A program made the translations under genes and the position numbers. From Moniliella sp. 'wahieum' (lineage: Eukaryota): a stretch of DNA of 51,038 nt. Below are positions 48,303-51,038 of this stretch, in pieces (the first letter of the stretch is position 1; each line of letters begins with the position of its first letter). The stretch covers positions 62,001 to 113,038 of the forward strand of contig RSEE01000154.1 in NCBI GenBank assembly GCA_003971905.1, written 5' to 3'. Below the pieces are notes generated by a model, which did not search any database, had not been told where the DNA came from, and was given only the letters and a program-made list of their open reading frames with translations.

Positions 48303-50326
48303 TTAGGCAGCGTTGTTAGCGGCGGAGAGGGCGGCCTGGCGCTTGAGAGCCGGGGCGAGTCGCCACGGGGGAGGAAGACCTCAACGACGTGGGCCTTGTC
48401 GGCCTTGTTGAACTCGGGGTCGGTCAAGAGCGCCTCGAGCTCGGCCTTGGTGTGGACAGCGTGGAACTGTGTCTTAGATGGGACGGGGTCAGCCTCGTGC
48501 GAGGGCACGTTGGGCTTGGTCCAGGTGGGTGGGGGCGTGAGGAAGTCAATCAGCTTCGAGTGGTTCCAGATCGCAATGTCGTTGTAGAACTCGTCAGGGC
48601 CAAAGATCTGGCGCTCGATTTCGTATCCATCGTTGTTGAGGATAAAGATGAGAGGCGTCAAGCCGTGACGGAAGACAGTGCCGAGTTCCTGTGCGGTAAG
48701 CTGGAGGGAGCCGTCACCAATGAAGTGCACAACGCGGCCAGGGCGGTTAGGGTTGTGCTGTTGCAGCTGGCGCAGACCAAGCGCCGCACCCAAAACTGCA
48801 CCACCCGTGAAGCCAATCGAGCCCCAGAGCATCTGCGCAATCAGCTTGGCGTTCTTGGGGAACGTCACGTCGATCAGGCCGAAGGACGAAGTACCCGTCT
48901 CGCCAAGAACAACGTCGCCCTCGCCGAAGAACTGACCCATGCGGGGCCAGAAGTAGCCCTGAGAAATGACGTCCTTGGACTTGAAACCCTCGGGGCCACC
49001 AAGGCGCGTGAGGGTAAGCTCGTCGAGCTCAGCAATCTGCTCATCGACCGAGGGGATCGCGTTGAGCGTCAGGGAGCGAACGGGAGCCAGGAGCGACTTG
49101 GTGACAGCCAGACGCTTCTCACCCTCACCCGAGAGAGCTTCCGTAAGCTTAGGCAGGAGCCACTTCATCTTGATGTCGTCAAACACAGCGTAGCCAATCT
49201 TGGTGTGGTCCGAGTGGAGCTCGATCGTGGCCGTGCGCTTAGTGCGGTAGGAGAAGGAGCCAGTGTTGTAGTCCGACAGGAGGGCACCGACGGACAGGAT
49301 CAAGTCGGAGCTTTCCACAATCTCCTTGACCGCCGGCTTGCTCAGGCTACCGAGGTACACACCACCGAACTGGGCGTTGTTCAGTTCCGTGACGGTCGTC
49401 TTGCCCATGGGGGTGGAGAAGACGGGGAGGCCAGTGACCTCGGCAAACTTGCGCGTCTCAGCAACGACGTGGTGGCGGGAAGCGCAAGCGTCGACCAGGA
49501 TGATGGGTTGCGTAGCCGCCTTGACACGCTTGACAATCTCGTCGAGCACGTTGCGCTCGATCTCCTCGTTGTTGGATGTGACGGTCGTTTGCAGCTTGTA
49601 GTCCACCAGGCGCTTGGCAGCCGAGATAGGCAGGGGGAGGTCAACCAAGTTGGAAGGGTATCCAATGTACACGGGGAGAGAGCGGGAAACGCAGACTCGA
49701 GATCGAGTCAATGGCGCGGCAGGCGTCCAGGCCAGTGGTAATGTCCTCGGCCTGGGTGCCCTTGGGATCAGGGGCAGACGTCCCTCACGGTGCATCTGGT
49801 AGAGGTCCAGCTGGGCGCCGGTGATCTGGCGGGCCATGTTGAGGAAGGCGTCGAACTTGTGGTCACCTTGGTAGAGGGAGCAAAAGGTCAGATGCACGAT
49901 CAACAACATAATATAGTGGGGGGGCAGACGGAAGGTGCGGGAGGGTAAAACGTACCAAGAGTGTGGTGAGCAAGAGACCCTCGTCCTGGGCCTTGGTCGA
50001 GGGCGTGCCGACAATGTGGATGACGGGAAGACGCTCGGCCATACTGCCACCGAGGGCATTGCATGCGCTCAGCTCGCCGACACCAAAGTGGTGGTGAGCA
50101 CAGCGGGACGGGGTGGCCCTCGGACAGGACACGGGCCAAGCCGTCGGCCGAGTAGCCGGCGTTGAGCTCGTTGGAGTTGCCGATCCAGCCCGGCCACGCT
50201 CACGCCAGCGCGTGAGCATGGCCAGGGTAAAGTCGCCAGGGAGGCCCTGGACGAACTCAACCTCGAGCTGCTTCAAGCGCTCGCAGAGGTAGTCAGTGAG
50301 GTGATGGTGCCTTCAACGGGAGCCAT
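48303..50326 (-). CDS. PDC1: Pyruvate decarboxylase-family ThDP-dependent 2-oxo-acid decarboxylase; intron at ~49955-49867
   Basis: ATG 50326. Motifs YLCERLKQLEV..VQGLPGDF, NELNAGY, FGVGELSA, GETGTSSFG, LWGSIG and the ThDP motif GDGSLQLTAQE...ILNNDGYEIER. Stop TAA at 48303-48305. Confidence 0.93.
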
Positions 50327-51038
50327 GGCGAATTGTGGGGGTGCTGTTGGTGACACGCGAGTGGTGCTGGAGTGGGGTGGGGATGGAGGGAACGGGGGAC
50401 GAGGCAGATCAGTGGGTCTCTTATACGCGGACAGCGTAGTGGATGCGATCGCCGCTGGTGTAGATGTGAAGGCTGCTTAGTGCGTATTGCTTTCCTGCTG
50501 GCCATGAAGCCCATGAAGCCCACAGGGCCTGAGGTGCCCAAAAGTAACTGATGGGGTGGGTCGACCTGCACTGAGACTGGCGCCGTGCCCCACCCGAGGT
50601 GTAGTTTAATTATTGGTTTGAGATGGGAGGTGCAGCACAGGGCCAGTGTGTAGCATCGAGGGCTTGTCCAGCGCTGGCGCCATGCGGGCGCAAGTTGTGA
50701 GCGCATCGGCATCGATCTTGCGAATTCATGTACTCGCCGCCGTCCCCCTCAAACTGACCTCCACCGCTGTTCTTGCGGCCCAATGCCTGCAGGGGCTGGA
50801 CAGTTGCAAACGCCCAGCTGGGCTGAGGATGTGACGTTCAGGTGCTCAGCCTCGGGCCTCAGTCCAGCGCCACTCCTAGACGCTCAGGCACTCCTGCCAC
50901 ATCATGTGGACGGTGAAGCTTGAAGAGAGGACCACGGCGAGCATATTTGGGTCCCAGCACAGTCCTCAACGGCCTCAACAGCGCCACTATCCTCGGTCAT
51001 TCAGGAGGTCCGAAACGCCAATCCAAATCCAGTAGCCC

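Noticed and set aside
48389..49741. 450-aa plus-strand ORF
   Set aside because: Antisense shadow of the codon-biased PDC gene

Overview
Eukaryotic genomic DNA from a fungus, probably a basidiomycete (Ustilaginomycotina-like, by inference), with spliceosomal introns. The window holds four paralogous OPT-family oligopeptide transporter genes, a complex I NDUFB8-like gene, an ERD1/EXS-family gene, a secreted GH128 beta-1,3-glucanase-like gene, a pyruvate decarboxylase-family gene, an intron-containing tRNA-Ser(UGA) and a degenerate tRNA-like element. Mobile DNA comprises: a complete, young Ty3/gypsy chromovirus (35876-42734, 823-bp LTRs, GAGGC target-site duplication) that appears to self-prime like Tf1/sushi; relics of related LTRs; four 5'-truncated 3' ends of a CRE-like (restriction-like endonuclease) non-LTR retrotransposon; and an unclassified ~1.14-kb repeat whose two full copies are inverted relative to each other and each lie just upstream of a tRNA(-like) gene. 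Nearly every gene carries scattered single-base frameshifts, most likely assembly indel errors, so gene boundaries are approximate. I found no CRISPR or other prokaryotic system and cannot firmly claim a wholly new system. The best leads are the self-priming chromovirus, the OPT expansion with a hypervariable loop, and the tRNA-adjacent repeat.
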